Below, in pieces: positions 27,958-36,125 of a stretch of 64,000 nucleotides of DNA (position 1 is the stretch's first letter; the number at the start of each line of letters is the position of its first letter). A program made the translations under genes and the position numbers. Below the pieces are notes generated by a model. That model was not told where the DNA came from and did not search any database. It saw only the letters and a program-made list of their open reading frames with translations. This DNA comes from an uncultured Bacteroidales bacterium (GTDB lineage: Bacteria; Bacteroidota; Bacteroidia; Bacteroidales; UBA932), in assembly GCA_900319485.1 (NCBI GenBank), contig ONOQ01000003.1, positions 1,223 to 65,222 on the forward strand, in the 5' to 3' direction.

Positions 27958-29493
27958 TTATTTGCGGGATAAGATTTTAATGCGGGCAAACTGTTCCAGC
28001 AAAAAGGCCTTTTCACCTTCCTCCAGCAGTAGCAGGTATACACTGAGCGCACTCGCGGCAAACGAGATTCCGGAGAAAAGAAACAATCTCACCCATACCG
28101 AGCCAACGGGTATCATCTGCACAAGGAATGAGACGCCAACGGGTATGGCCATCACAAGAAGCGGCTTTACAATTACCTTTTTCACCCATTCCAGAATGGG
28201 GAAATCATACCATTGACGGCGCATCAGGAGAAGCCTGGAGACGATGAGTACCATATCTATAGCCAGCCGCACCGCAATGACAAGGTACGGTACGGCGTTT
28301 TCCCACAATACAATCCAGCAGAAGATGAGATTGGTGGCATAGATCAGTGATACCGTAATCTGGTACTTCCTAATGTCCTTGTCTGATGTTATCAGGGTAA
28401 TCAGCGGATTGCAGATACTTTCAAAATAGATACAAAAGAGCGTGAGAAGGCAGAATTCCACGGCATACTGCGGGTAGTCGCCAAGCCATAACCCCAGGAA
28501 ATCCCTGATTTCAAAGCAAATGGGTACAAGAAGGACCAGGATCAGATAGGCCGACAGCCGTGAAGCGCGTATGGTAAGTTTTGACAGTTCAAAGGAATCC
28601 TTTGTAACATAGTACTTCACTATCTGCGGCCTGAAGGCGGCCTGGAAGTTGGACACAAACTGGCTGACCACGGATACTATCTGGTTGCTGACGCCCATCG
28701 CTGCGTTTACCAGAACACCGTTGTAATAGTTTACGAGCATCGTCACGCCCTGGTTTGTGCCCACATAGGTGGCGGTCCCGAACAGGGCCCAGCCAGTATA
28801 GGAGAACAGTCCCTTGAAGGTGCTGCGGTTGGTGGGCTTTCTGAATCGGCACATCCCGAACGTGCGATAGCAGTATATGCGGTAGATAAGGATGTTTAAA
28901 ACTCCCACGGCGGCTATGAGGATGGCATAGACAATGAGTTTGTCTCCGCTTATAGCCCGGATAAGGAACGCCACCGCCAGTTTGAACATCACGTCGAAGA
29001 TGGAGAAGTAGGCATACACGGACATCTTCTCGTGGGCGATGATAGTTGCGTTGAAAGGTGCCTGAAGGATGGAAAGGAAAGTGGAAAAGATGGATAACTG
29101 GTACACCACATTGGCCGCTCCCATCCTTTCCTCAGGGATATTCATCACGGAATTAAGGAACCACAGGCCGATTGTTTCCCCCAGGAAGACTATCAGGAGG
29201 CCTATCAGCAGGTGCGACACTATGGCTGTAGAGAAAACCTCCCTCTGCGAGTCAAGGTTACCCTCAGCAAGTTCTGCCGTTATATAGCGCTGGGTGGCTC
29301 CGGTAAGGCTGCTGTTGATGAAGGTAAAGAAAACTATTATGCCGCCAACGACGTTGTAGATGCCGTAATCCTGAACCCCAAGGACGTTGAAAACTATCCT
29401 CGTGGTATACAGTGATACCAGGAGGATGACAAACATCCTGAGGTACATATACATCGTGTTCTTTGCGATGCGTATGTTGTTGGCGGTGGGCAT
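27958..29493 (-). CDS. Wzx-type oligosaccharide flippase (polysaccharide biosynthesis protein family)
   Basis: About 12-14 TM helices. The start is set at MPTANNIRIAKN (29493), 5 nt after the upstream stop. The track's 29535 start would overlap the upstream gene by 37 nt. Confidence 0.85.
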   Translation of the reverse strand: MPTANNIRIAKNTMYMYLRMFVILLVSLYTTRIVFNVLGVQDYGIYNVVGGIIVFFTFINSSLTGATQRYITAELAEGNLDSQREVFSTAIVSHLLIGLLIVFLGETIGLWFLNSVMNIPEERMGAANVVYQLSIFSTFLSILQAPFNATIIAHEKMSVYAYFSIFDVMFKLAVAFLIRAISGDKLIVYAILIAAVGVLNILIYRIYCYRTFGMCRFRKPTNRSTFKGLFSYTGWALFGTATYVGTNQGVTMLVNYYNGVLVNAAMGVSNQIVSVVSQFVSNFQAAFRPQIVKYYVTKDSFELSKLTIRASRLSAYLILVLLVPICFEIRDFLGLWLGDYPQYAVEFCLLTLFCIYFESICNPLITLITSDKDIRKYQITVSLIYATNLIFCWIVLWENAVPYLVIAVRLAIDMVLIVSRLLLMRRQWYDFPILEWVKKVIVKPLLVMAIPVGVSFLVQMIPVGSVWVRLFLFSGISFAASALSVYLLLLEEGEKAFLLEQFARIKILSRK

Positions 29494-29498
29494 AATGC

Positions 29499-30407
29499 CT
29501 AAATAAAGCGAAGAAGGTACAGGAGCCTTATGCACTTGTGTCCAAGTTCATAAACCGGCCTCAAGAGTGCCGGGCTGTCGGCCTGTTTTTCCTGCATAAG
29601 GCGTATCCTTGAATAGTGCCTTATTTTCTTTACCAGTTTCTTAAAGAGTTCCTGCGATATTGAATCCTTTACGGCGGCAAGATCGGCCATATACTGGGCG
29701 GCAATCTTACGGGTATTGAAATTACGGATGTCCCGGCTTATGTTGCTGTCGTGGATCCTGTATTTCAGCAGCAGTCCGGAACTTCTGAGTACGGGCCCCA
29801 GAAGAAGGGAGCGGAAGCGAAGGACACTGTCTTCGGTCTGGCAGTCATCGGCCAGCCTTCCGAACTTTTCAAGCACCGTTTTCCTGAATCCAAGGGCTAC
29901 TCCGCCTGTCATAAAGGTATCGGACTTCAGGTATTTCTTGTCATCGACACAAAGGAGAGTATCCTTTTCCAGGATTCCGTTTCCCGTTTCATTTCCGTCT
30001 CGGTCTATGGTTATGTAAGATCCGGTTACGGCTGTGACCGAAGGGTATGACTGGAAATAATCCATCTGGATGGATACTCTTTCAGGCAGGGAGACATCGT
30101 CGCCGCCGTTGAGGAATATGTATTCTCCGTGCGAGAGTTCAAACAGGAGTTTGTTCACGTGGGGGACAAGCCCCAGGTTCCGCTCATTCCTGTTCAGGAT
30201 AACCTTGTGCGGCCCCTTATAGCCTTCAACCGCCTTTTTCAGGATGTCAAACGTCCCGTCCGGGGAGTTGTCGTCGGAAAAGATTATCTCCAGGTTGGGA
30301 TAAGTCTGGGACAACGCTCCGGCAACGGTATCTTCCACAAACTTCTGATGTTTGTAAAAGAGTACAAGGAGAGTTGCAAGGGGGTATTCCTCTGCTTGGA
30401 CGTGCAT
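29499..30407 (-). CDS. Glycosyltransferase family 2
   Basis: N-terminus LATLLVLFYKHQKF...IIFSDDNSPDGT, with NGGDD acting as the DxD motif. Confidence 0.85.
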   Translation of the reverse strand: MHVQAEEYPLATLLVLFYKHQKFVEDTVAGALSQTYPNLEIIFSDDNSPDGTFDILKKAVEGYKGPHKVILNRNERNLGLVPHVNKLLFELSHGEYIFLNGGDDVSLPERVSIQMDYFQSYPSVTAVTGSYITIDRDGNETGNGILEKDTLLCVDDKKYLKSDTFMTGGVALGFRKTVLEKFGRLADDCQTEDSVLRFRSLLLGPVLRSSGLLLKYRIHDSNISRDIRNFNTRKIAAQYMADLAAVKDSISQELFKKLVKKIRHYSRIRLMQEKQADSPALLRPVYELGHKCIRLLYLLRFI

Positions 30408-30414
30408 GTTCCTT

Positions 30415-31521
30415 CTAACGGGAAAAATTGTTTATAATGGATACCACCTGCGCTGCTTCTTCTTTTTTTATGCAGGGGCCGATAGGGATGCTCAATTCTT
30501 CCGAGGCAATCTTTTCCGTAATGGGGAGGCTGTAGTGGGCATACTCCTTATAGCACTCCTGTTTATGCGGGGGGATGGGGTAGTGAATGAGCGTACCTAC
30601 GCCATTGTCTTTGAGCCAGGCCTGCAGCGCATCCCTTTCAGGACTGAACACTGGGAAAAGATGGTACACGTTCTGTGCATCAGGGAGCCTTTCAGGGAGA
30701 TACACCAGCGGGTTGTGTATGTTATCGTAATAGTATGCGGCGATTGCCCTTCGGTGGGTGTTATCGGCCTCAAGGTATTTCAGTTTTACGTCCAGGACGG
30801 CTGCCTGGATTTCGTCCAGGCGGCTGTTGCGGCCGGTATATTTGAATACGTATTTCTTCTGGCTGCCGTAGTTGGCAAGGGCCCTCACGGCTTCTGCCAG
30901 AGCCGGATCATTGGTGGTTACGGCTCCTCCATCGCCAAGGGCACCCAGGTTCTTGCCGGGGTAGAAACTGTGCCCGGCGGCATCACCGATGGAGCCGGTG
31001 CGGCGTCCGTCCGCTGTACGGCATCCGTGCGCCTGGGCATTGTCTTCAATGTGTTTCAGACCGTACTTGTGGCAGAGTTCGCCGATCTTTTCCGTATAGG
31101 CGTTTCGGCCGTAAAGGTGAACGATGGCAATTGCCCTGGTCCTGTCCGTAATGGCTTTTTCGATTAGTTTGTCGTCAATTTCAAGCGTACCCAGGCGAGG
31201 CTCCACCAGAATCGGTTTCAGTCCGTTTTCCGTAATGGCCAGGATAGTGGCGATGTATGTGTTTGCAGGCACAATAACTTCATCGCCCGGCTTCATTACA
31301 CCAAGTTCAATGTAGCCACGGAATATCCAGATGAGGGCATCCAGGCCATTGGCGCAGCCAACGCAGTGTGTAGTCCCTATATAATCGGCATAGTGCCGCT
31401 CAAAAAGGGCATTCTGTTCTCCCTGGAGATACCTGCCGCCGACAACTACTTTGGCTACAGCCTCCTGGATTTCTTCTCCGTGGAGATCCGTAACATCCTT
31501 TAGTGATAAAAAAGGAATCAT
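30415..31521 (-). CDS. DegT/DnrJ/EryC1-family PLP aminotransferase (nucleotide-sugar 3- or 4-aminotransferase)
   Basis: 368 aa with [21 protein letters not shown], the PLP-lysine region. It neighbours the WxcM/FdtA-like and formyltransferase genes. Confidence 0.9.
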   Translation of the reverse strand: MIPFLSLKDVTDLHGEEIQEAVAKVVVGGRYLQGEQNALFERHYADYIGTTHCVGCANGLDALIWIFRGYIELGVMKPGDEVIVPANTYIATILAITENGLKPILVEPRLGTLEIDDKLIEKAITDRTRAIAIVHLYGRNAYTEKIGELCHKYGLKHIEDNAQAHGCRTADGRRTGSIGDAAGHSFYPGKNLGALGDGGAVTTNDPALAEAVRALANYGSQKKYVFKYTGRNSRLDEIQAAVLDVKLKYLEADNTHRRAIAAYYYDNIHNPLVYLPERLPDAQNVYHLFPVFSPERDALQAWLKDNGVGTLIHYPIPPHKQECYKEYAHYSLPITEKIASEELSIPIGPCIKKEEAAQVVSIINNFSR

Positions 31522-32357
31522 TTGTTTACAAATTGTCCAATCTTGAAAGCGGAGAAATTGGCCCTGGCACCATTTGCATCCACAAGTTCCCTTACAATCA
31601 TATAACCATCCCGGACTTTAATCCAAAGACCATCCTCATCTATATTGAGGATTCTGCCTGTATGAGTGACAACATCAGAAGGGAAAAAAGCCACATCCGT
31701 GACGTGGTATCTCACTCCGGCGGCGTCAAAAAAGGGCAGTGGATAAGGTGGAACAAGCGCCCTGAAAAACGCTTTCAAATATTTGATGGACTGGTCAAAA
31801 TCTATACGGCAATCTTCCAGATTTCTCTTTCCCACCCAGGAGGCCTTTGTTTTGTCTTGAACTCTGGGAGTAATTTTACCATCTATAAACTCTTTCACGA
31901 TAATGCCAAGCTCGCTGGCTATATAGGCATTAAACTCCTGCATATACATGGTGGAAGTATCAGAATGATTGTTCTCCACCTTGAACTGAGCAATGATTGG
32001 TCCGTTGTCTATGTATTCATCCATCAGATGCACAGTAAGTCCCAACTCCGGCTCATCATTAAGAATAGCCCAAACTGTTGAGTGAAATCCCCTGTATTTT
32101 GGGAGAAGGGAATAATGCACGTTGATGCAGGTATTCTTTTCAAGGACGGAGGATGGAACAATTGTCTTGTATCCTGCAAAAACCATCAGGGTGCCATCCA
32201 AAGCATCCATGCCGGTTTCTGAATAGCGGGCGCCTAACGCTTCCAGTTCAGCATCCTGCTCCAGTATAAACACCTCAAAAGAAGCCTTGAGCAGTCCGTT
32301 ACAAGCCGCAACTGCTCCCCAGCCATTTCCAAAGAGGTACACACGATAATTATTCAT
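31518..32357 (-). CDS. Formyltransferase-domain protein (probable sugar N-formyltransferase)
   Basis: 279 aa with [20 protein letters not shown], matching the H-x-S-L-L-P-x-x-R-G formyl-transferase core. It overlaps both neighbouring genes. Confidence 0.75.
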   Translation of the reverse strand: MNNYRVYLFGNGWGAVAACNGLLKASFEVFILEQDAELEALGARYSETGMDALDGTLMVFAGYKTIVPSSVLEKNTCINVHYSLLPKYRGFHSTVWAILNDEPELGLTVHLMDEYIDNGPIIAQFKVENNHSDTSTMYMQEFNAYIASELGIIVKEFIDGKITPRVQDKTKASWVGKRNLEDCRIDFDQSIKYLKAFFRALVPPYPLPFFDAAGVRYHVTDVAFFPSDVVTHTGRILNIDEDGLWIKVRDGYMIVRELVDANGARANFSAFKIGQFVNK

Positions 32358-33289
32358 AGACGAATGGTAAACTCTTCGTAGACAACGCCCCTGGCTCCAA
32401 ACTCTTGTTTTTGCACTGCAAGACCTTCATTCAGGTAATGTCCTCCATCTTCCGTGGAAATCCCGAAATCGAGATATCGTTTATCCTTGTAAATGTCGGA
32501 AACAAGCCTGTCTATTACAAAATCCAAAGCACCACACTTTCTCCCTTCTTCCGAATTGGCGAGATACTGCGTGTGAACTACCAGAGGAGTTACATAAACT
32601 ACCGTTCCTGCAATGATATGGTTTTCCTTAAGAGCCACATAAAGCTTTATGTTCTCCGGAAAAGAAGACTGGAGAAGTCTCAATTCCCGAGCAGAATGTA
32701 CCGGAGAAACGCCGTGTCTTTGAGAAAGAATCTCCGAAAGAACATCTATGAAACCCTCAAAGTCTGTACTTTCCGTGAAGGTGAGGCAAGATCGCTTTGC
32801 TTTGTTTATTTCGCGGTGCCTGCGCTTACTGAACTGTATTCTTTCAGGCAGATATATAGCACTGGAGATGCCGCATTTGGAAAGTACCGCATCGCTACGG
32901 AAAAGAGCATAAAGATCCTCATCTGATGGATAGGAACAGTAAATGGAAGGGATACGCTTGTAGGCAACTTCTTCCATTCCTTGACCTTTGAAGAAGGTCA
33001 GAAGAGTGTCCATTACTTCCAGCATCGTGCTCACGGTCATGGAACGGTCAACGATGAGACCGCCGTAGGTGAGCCCCCCGTGGGAGACTACACGTTTTCC
33101 GTGAAGGGATGCCGGAAATAGGGCTTTCAAGTTCCCCCCTTCATAAAACATGAGTGAGCAGTCCGTGAACCTGTCGGAATGATACTCCATATAATCCCTC
33201 CTGAGAAGAAAAGTCCCATTCTTGGACTCTTCTACAAAAGTGTCCCAGGACGTTTTGAGGGATGGCAGGTATCTAACCGCTTGTATCAT
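32354..33289 (-). CDS. FemAB/BioF2-like GNAT-fold acyltransferase (putative)
   Basis: 311 aa with an apparent two-lobed GNAT-like pattern (..HGGLTYGGLIV.., ..VVHTQYLANSEEGRKCGALDF..). The call is weak and made without an HMM. Confidence 0.45.
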   Translation of the reverse strand: MIQAVRYLPSLKTSWDTFVEESKNGTFLLRRDYMEYHSDRFTDCSLMFYEGGNLKALFPASLHGKRVVSHGGLTYGGLIVDRSMTVSTMLEVMDTLLTFFKGQGMEEVAYKRIPSIYCSYPSDEDLYALFRSDAVLSKCGISSAIYLPERIQFSKRRHREINKAKRSCLTFTESTDFEGFIDVLSEILSQRHGVSPVHSARELRLLQSSFPENIKLYVALKENHIIAGTVVYVTPLVVHTQYLANSEEGRKCGALDFVIDRLVSDIYKDKRYLDFGISTEDGGHYLNEGLAVQKQEFGARGVVYEEFTIRL

Positions 33290-33291
33290 CT

Positions 33292-33714
33292 TTAAAAGCC
33301 CTTCCGGTATTCCAGGAATTCCTGATAATCACGGATGTAATCCTCTTTGATATATACATCGGAAGCCAGCACCATACATACGGCGCCTGAGGAAAAATCG
33401 TCCAGGTCTCTCCAGATGCCCTGGCGGACAAGAAGTCCCTGATATGGACGGTTCAGGAAGAAAGTCCGTTTCAGGCGGCCGTCGTCCAGTGTAACCTGGA
33501 AAGAGCCGCTGGCCGCTATAATCAGCTGCGACAAATCCCTGTGTGCGTGTGCGCCGCGGGAAGATCCTCCAGGAACGTCGTAAAGGTAATAAACCCTCTT
33601 AACGTCAAAGGGGAGCGTGCCGTCGTTCTCCACAACGGTGATGCTGCCCCGGCGCTCACCCTGGATCTTGCCAAGGTCGATTATGGGGCAGTCGTTTACA
33701 CTAAATTTTGCCAT
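33292..33714 (-). CDS. WxcM/FdtA-like cupin (sugar 3,4-ketoisomerase-like)
   Basis: 140 aa with RGAHAHRDLSQLIIAASGSFQV, the FdtA/WxcM His motif. Confidence 0.8.
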   Translation of the reverse strand: MAKFSVNDCPIIDLGKIQGERRGSITVVENDGTLPFDVKRVYYLYDVPGGSSRGAHAHRDLSQLIIAASGSFQVTLDDGRLKRTFFLNRPYQGLLVRQGIWRDLDDFSSGAVCMVLASDVYIKEDYIRDYQEFLEYRKGF

Positions 33715-34117
33715 CGGCCTTAAGAGATTTCAACTCATCTATGCCTCGCACATACTGGGCGGCATCGTAATGCTCCGACGACAGTACCATGGCAAGGGAA
33801 TTGGTGGAGAAATTCCGGAACTCGCGCCATACTCCACGGGGTATGTAAAGGCCCTCGTATGAGCGGTTCAGATGGATGGTCTTTTCCCCGGCTCCGTCTT
33901 TCAGAAGGACATCGAAACTGCCGGACATCGCTACCACAAAGTCATCAGTTGCCCGTAGGGCGTAACCTGCACGGCGTTCTCCTCCGGGGACGTCATATAA
34001 CCAGTATGTCCGCTTAATCCGGAAAGGGATGTGATTGCACTCTTCTATGAATGACAGGTTTCCCCTTTCATCCGGAATGATGGGTAACTGGACAGTCTTA
34101 CAATCCTGAAGATTCAT
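33701..34117 (-). CDS. WxcM/FdtA-like cupin, second paralogue
   Basis: 138 aa with the same fold pattern (ERGNLSFIE...KRTYWLYDVPGGERRAGYALR). The first His of the HxH motif is replaced (GYALR). Confidence 0.75.
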   Translation of the reverse strand: MNLQDCKTVQLPIIPDERGNLSFIEECNHIPFRIKRTYWLYDVPGGERRAGYALRATDDFVVAMSGSFDVLLKDGAGEKTIHLNRSYEGLYIPRGVWREFRNFSTNSLAMVLSSEHYDAAQYVRGIDELKSLKADGKI

Positions 34118-34123
34118 TCTCTC

Positions 34124-35188
34124 TTACCACTGTCTCACCTCCACACGGCGGTTGCGCTGGCGTCCTTCCTCGGTGTTGTTTGAGGCCACTGGACGGGAAT
34201 AGCCATACCCGTCAATGCTGATGAGCGAAGCGCGGGCGCCATTGCGCACCAGGAAGTTTTTCACGCTCTGGGCACGGCGCAGAGACAGATTCATGTTGAA
34301 TTCCCTGCCGCCCACGCTGTCGGTGTGACCTTCCACTATGATACCGCTTTCGGGGTGATCCTTCATCCAGTCCACAACGTCCATAAGCGTATCCCTGGCA
34401 TCGGCACGGATAATATCGCTGTTGCTGTCAAAGAGGGCTTCGGCGCTGATGGTGGTAATGACGGGATGGTCGGTGTCGTGATCACCGGTCAGGGACTTGG
34501 ATGAAGAGGAATTGTCGGAATAAGGATTACGGTTAATCTTATCCACAACTACAGTGTCGCGGACAAGAGTAGGACGTACTTCGGGAACAATCACCGTTAT
34601 GGGCTGGGGCTGTACGGTTATGGTAGTGGGCCTTCTATGCGGCTTGCCAAGATTGATGCTCAGGCCAAGAGTTGCGCTCAAAGAAACGGCGGGGAAACTC
34701 TTGGAATTCTCATAGATGCGGCTGCTGTAAGCTGTGGCCTTGATATCCGGGACAATTGCTATCCTCTTGGTGATATACAAGGGGAATGCGATACCTGCAC
34801 CGCCGCCCAGGGCGCTGTTGTCTATCCTTGCCCAGCCAATGTGGAGGTAGGGGATAATGTTGCGATGGGCGCGGATGAGCATATCACCGTGGAGATACTC
34901 ATATCTCTTATAGCCGAAGTCCGTGAATTTGTCGGAAATGGAAAGGCCCTGGAGACCTGCGCGGAAACCTCCCCAGTTACTGAACCAGTAGCCGAAGTAG
35001 ATGTCATCGGCAATACCGGCGCCATTGTGCGAAGTCTCGCGGTCTGTATTGCGCTGGCCGTCAAAGCCGAAATTCATTCCCAGTCCGGCTCCAACGAACC
35101 AACTGCTGTTGTCTTTGGGTTCTTCCTGGGCGCGTGCCGCTATTGAAAGCGATAAAAGGGCGGCAGCTATGAGTGCAATCTTTTTCAT
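34124..35188 (-). CDS. OmpA-family outer membrane protein (beta-barrel plus OmpA_C domain)
   Basis: 354 aa with signal peptide ..SIAARAQ. The C-terminus reads EGHTDSVGGREFNMNLSLRRAQSV. It lies 6 nt from the next gene. Confidence 0.9.
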   Translation of the reverse strand: MKKIALIAAALLSLSIAARAQEEPKDNSSWFVGAGLGMNFGFDGQRNTDRETSHNGAGIADDIYFGYWFSNWGGFRAGLQGLSISDKFTDFGYKRYEYLHGDMLIRAHRNIIPYLHIGWARIDNSALGGGAGIAFPLYITKRIAIVPDIKATAYSSRIYENSKSFPAVSLSATLGLSINLGKPHRRPTTITVQPQPITVIVPEVRPTLVRDTVVVDKINRNPYSDNSSSSKSLTGDHDTDHPVITTISAEALFDSNSDIIRADARDTLMDVVDWMKDHPESGIIVEGHTDSVGGREFNMNLSLRRAQSVKNFLVRNGARASLISIDGYGYSRPVASNNTEEGRQRNRRVEVRQW

Positions 35189-35193
35189 CTATT

Positions 35194-35883
35194 TTAAAAC
35201 CTGTATAATACTCCAAATGATATCAGTCCGCGAAGATCCAGCGGGAAACCGCCATAACCTTCGAAATCGCTGGCCTGTTCTTCTGCGCTTGGCATAAGGC
35301 CGTTGTATTTATCCGTATATGCTTCTCCGCAGAGATCTCCGAATATTCCAAAATGGTGGTTGAAATTATACTCCACAATTCCTCCGAAGCGGAAGCCGAA
35401 TACCGTATTGGGGTCCGATACATCCTGCCAGGGATGGTGGGAATCAGTCATATTGAAGGAATGTCCCAGACCCATACCGCCGTACAGTTTTATCCGTAGG
35501 GGAGTGAGTAGGTCGGAGAGGCCGTGAAGGTCCAGGATGGCATCCACGAAGACGTTGATGCTGCTGAATGTGTATGGATAGAAGCCATGGGCCGATGTGT
35601 TCCTGGTATTGCAGGCGCTGGCGTTCTTGGCATAAGATGCGCTGAGGCGCAGGCCGAAGATGTCATTTACGTCGTACCCTCCGACAAGGCCGGCCTGGTA
35701 GGTGATAAGGCCAAGAGCCTTCCCGTTTTCCTTGTAGGAGAAATGGTTCTCGTTGATATTGAGCATAGGCCCTGTCTGCAGCCCCACATAAAAGCGGCCT
35801 TCGTGGCTGAACTTCACGGGCTGTGCGGAAGCAAAGGAACAGGACAGTAAGATGGCAAGTGCTACGCCGAATAGTTTTTTCAT
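35194..35883 (-). CDS. Small outer-membrane beta-barrel protein (OmpW/Opa-like porin family)
   Basis: 229 aa with signal peptide ..SFASAQ. It shows an alternating amphipathic beta pattern and a C-terminal ..GVLYRF aromatic beta-signal. It is the first gene of the 23-gene operon. Confidence 0.75.
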   Translation of the reverse strand: MKKLFGVALAILLSCSFASAQPVKFSHEGRFYVGLQTGPMLNINENHFSYKENGKALGLITYQAGLVGGYDVNDIFGLRLSASYAKNASACNTRNTSAHGFYPYTFSSINVFVDAILDLHGLSDLLTPLRIKLYGGMGLGHSFNMTDSHHPWQDVSDPNTVFGFRFGGIVEYNFNHHFGIFGDLCGEAYTDKYNGLMPSAEEQASDFEGYGGFPLDLRGLISFGVLYRF

Positions 35884-35984
35884 TATGTTGTGTTCTTTTA
35901 TAATTCAAATACGGCTCCGCCGCTGGGACTGCCAAGCAAGCATCCCAGAACCAGCGCTTATGGAAATGTTTTCCATATAATCCA

Positions 35985-35992
35985 CAAAAATA
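35985..35992 (-). promoter_or_regulatory. -7 promoter box (TATTTTTG), candidate promoter of the capsule operon
   Basis: The plus strand reads CAAAAATA, about 100 nt upstream of the ATG at 35883. The palindrome TATGGAAAtgTTTTCCATA (35959-35977) lies between the box and the gene. Confidence 0.4.
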
Positions 35993-36107
35993 CAGCATCT
36001 TCGGAAAAAATGCAAGTAATAATCCTCAAAAACGCCAATTAAACGTGTCGGAGGGCTTTTTTTTGATTATTTGGCCAGTCAAACAGCCAAAAAATGCCAA
36101 AAAATGT

Positions 36108-36115
36108 TATATTTG
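36108..36115 (+). promoter_or_regulatory. -7 promoter box (TATATTTG) for the sugar-transferase/UpxY pair
   Basis: Exact TAnnTTTG, 10 nt before the ATG at 36126. This implies a very short or absent leader. Confidence 0.45.
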
Positions 36116-36125
36116 CAAGATATTT

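Noticed and set aside
30406-31167. Long antisense ORFs inside well-supported genes (30406..31167+, 27470..28216+, 43030..44037+, 55772..56830-, 53244..53945-, 37047..37676-, 63181..63705-, 62626..63060-, 7446..8033+, 3741..4331+)
   Set aside because: Each lies fully opposite a gene with clear family motifs. They lack recognisable motifs or start context, and some span gene boundaries. Such ORFs are typical of GC-rich coding DNA.
35884-36125. Invertible (phase-variable) promoter for the capsule operon or the pilus operons
   Set aside because: I found no convincing long inverted repeats flanking the -7 boxes, only short hairpins such as CTGGGA..TCCCAG and TATGGAAA..TTTCCATA. No site-specific recombinase gene lies in the window.
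36045-36125. Upstream extensions of track ORFs (36045 GTG for the sugar transferase; 21943 for the GT4-like gene; 29535 for Wzx; 18634 for GT4; 44862 for the 1079-aa protein; 39359 TTG)
   Set aside because: The shorter starts give ATGA or short-gap coupling with the upstream stops, proper signal or lipobox N-termini, or lie just after a TAnnTTTG box. The extensions read through promoter or neighbouring-gene sequence.
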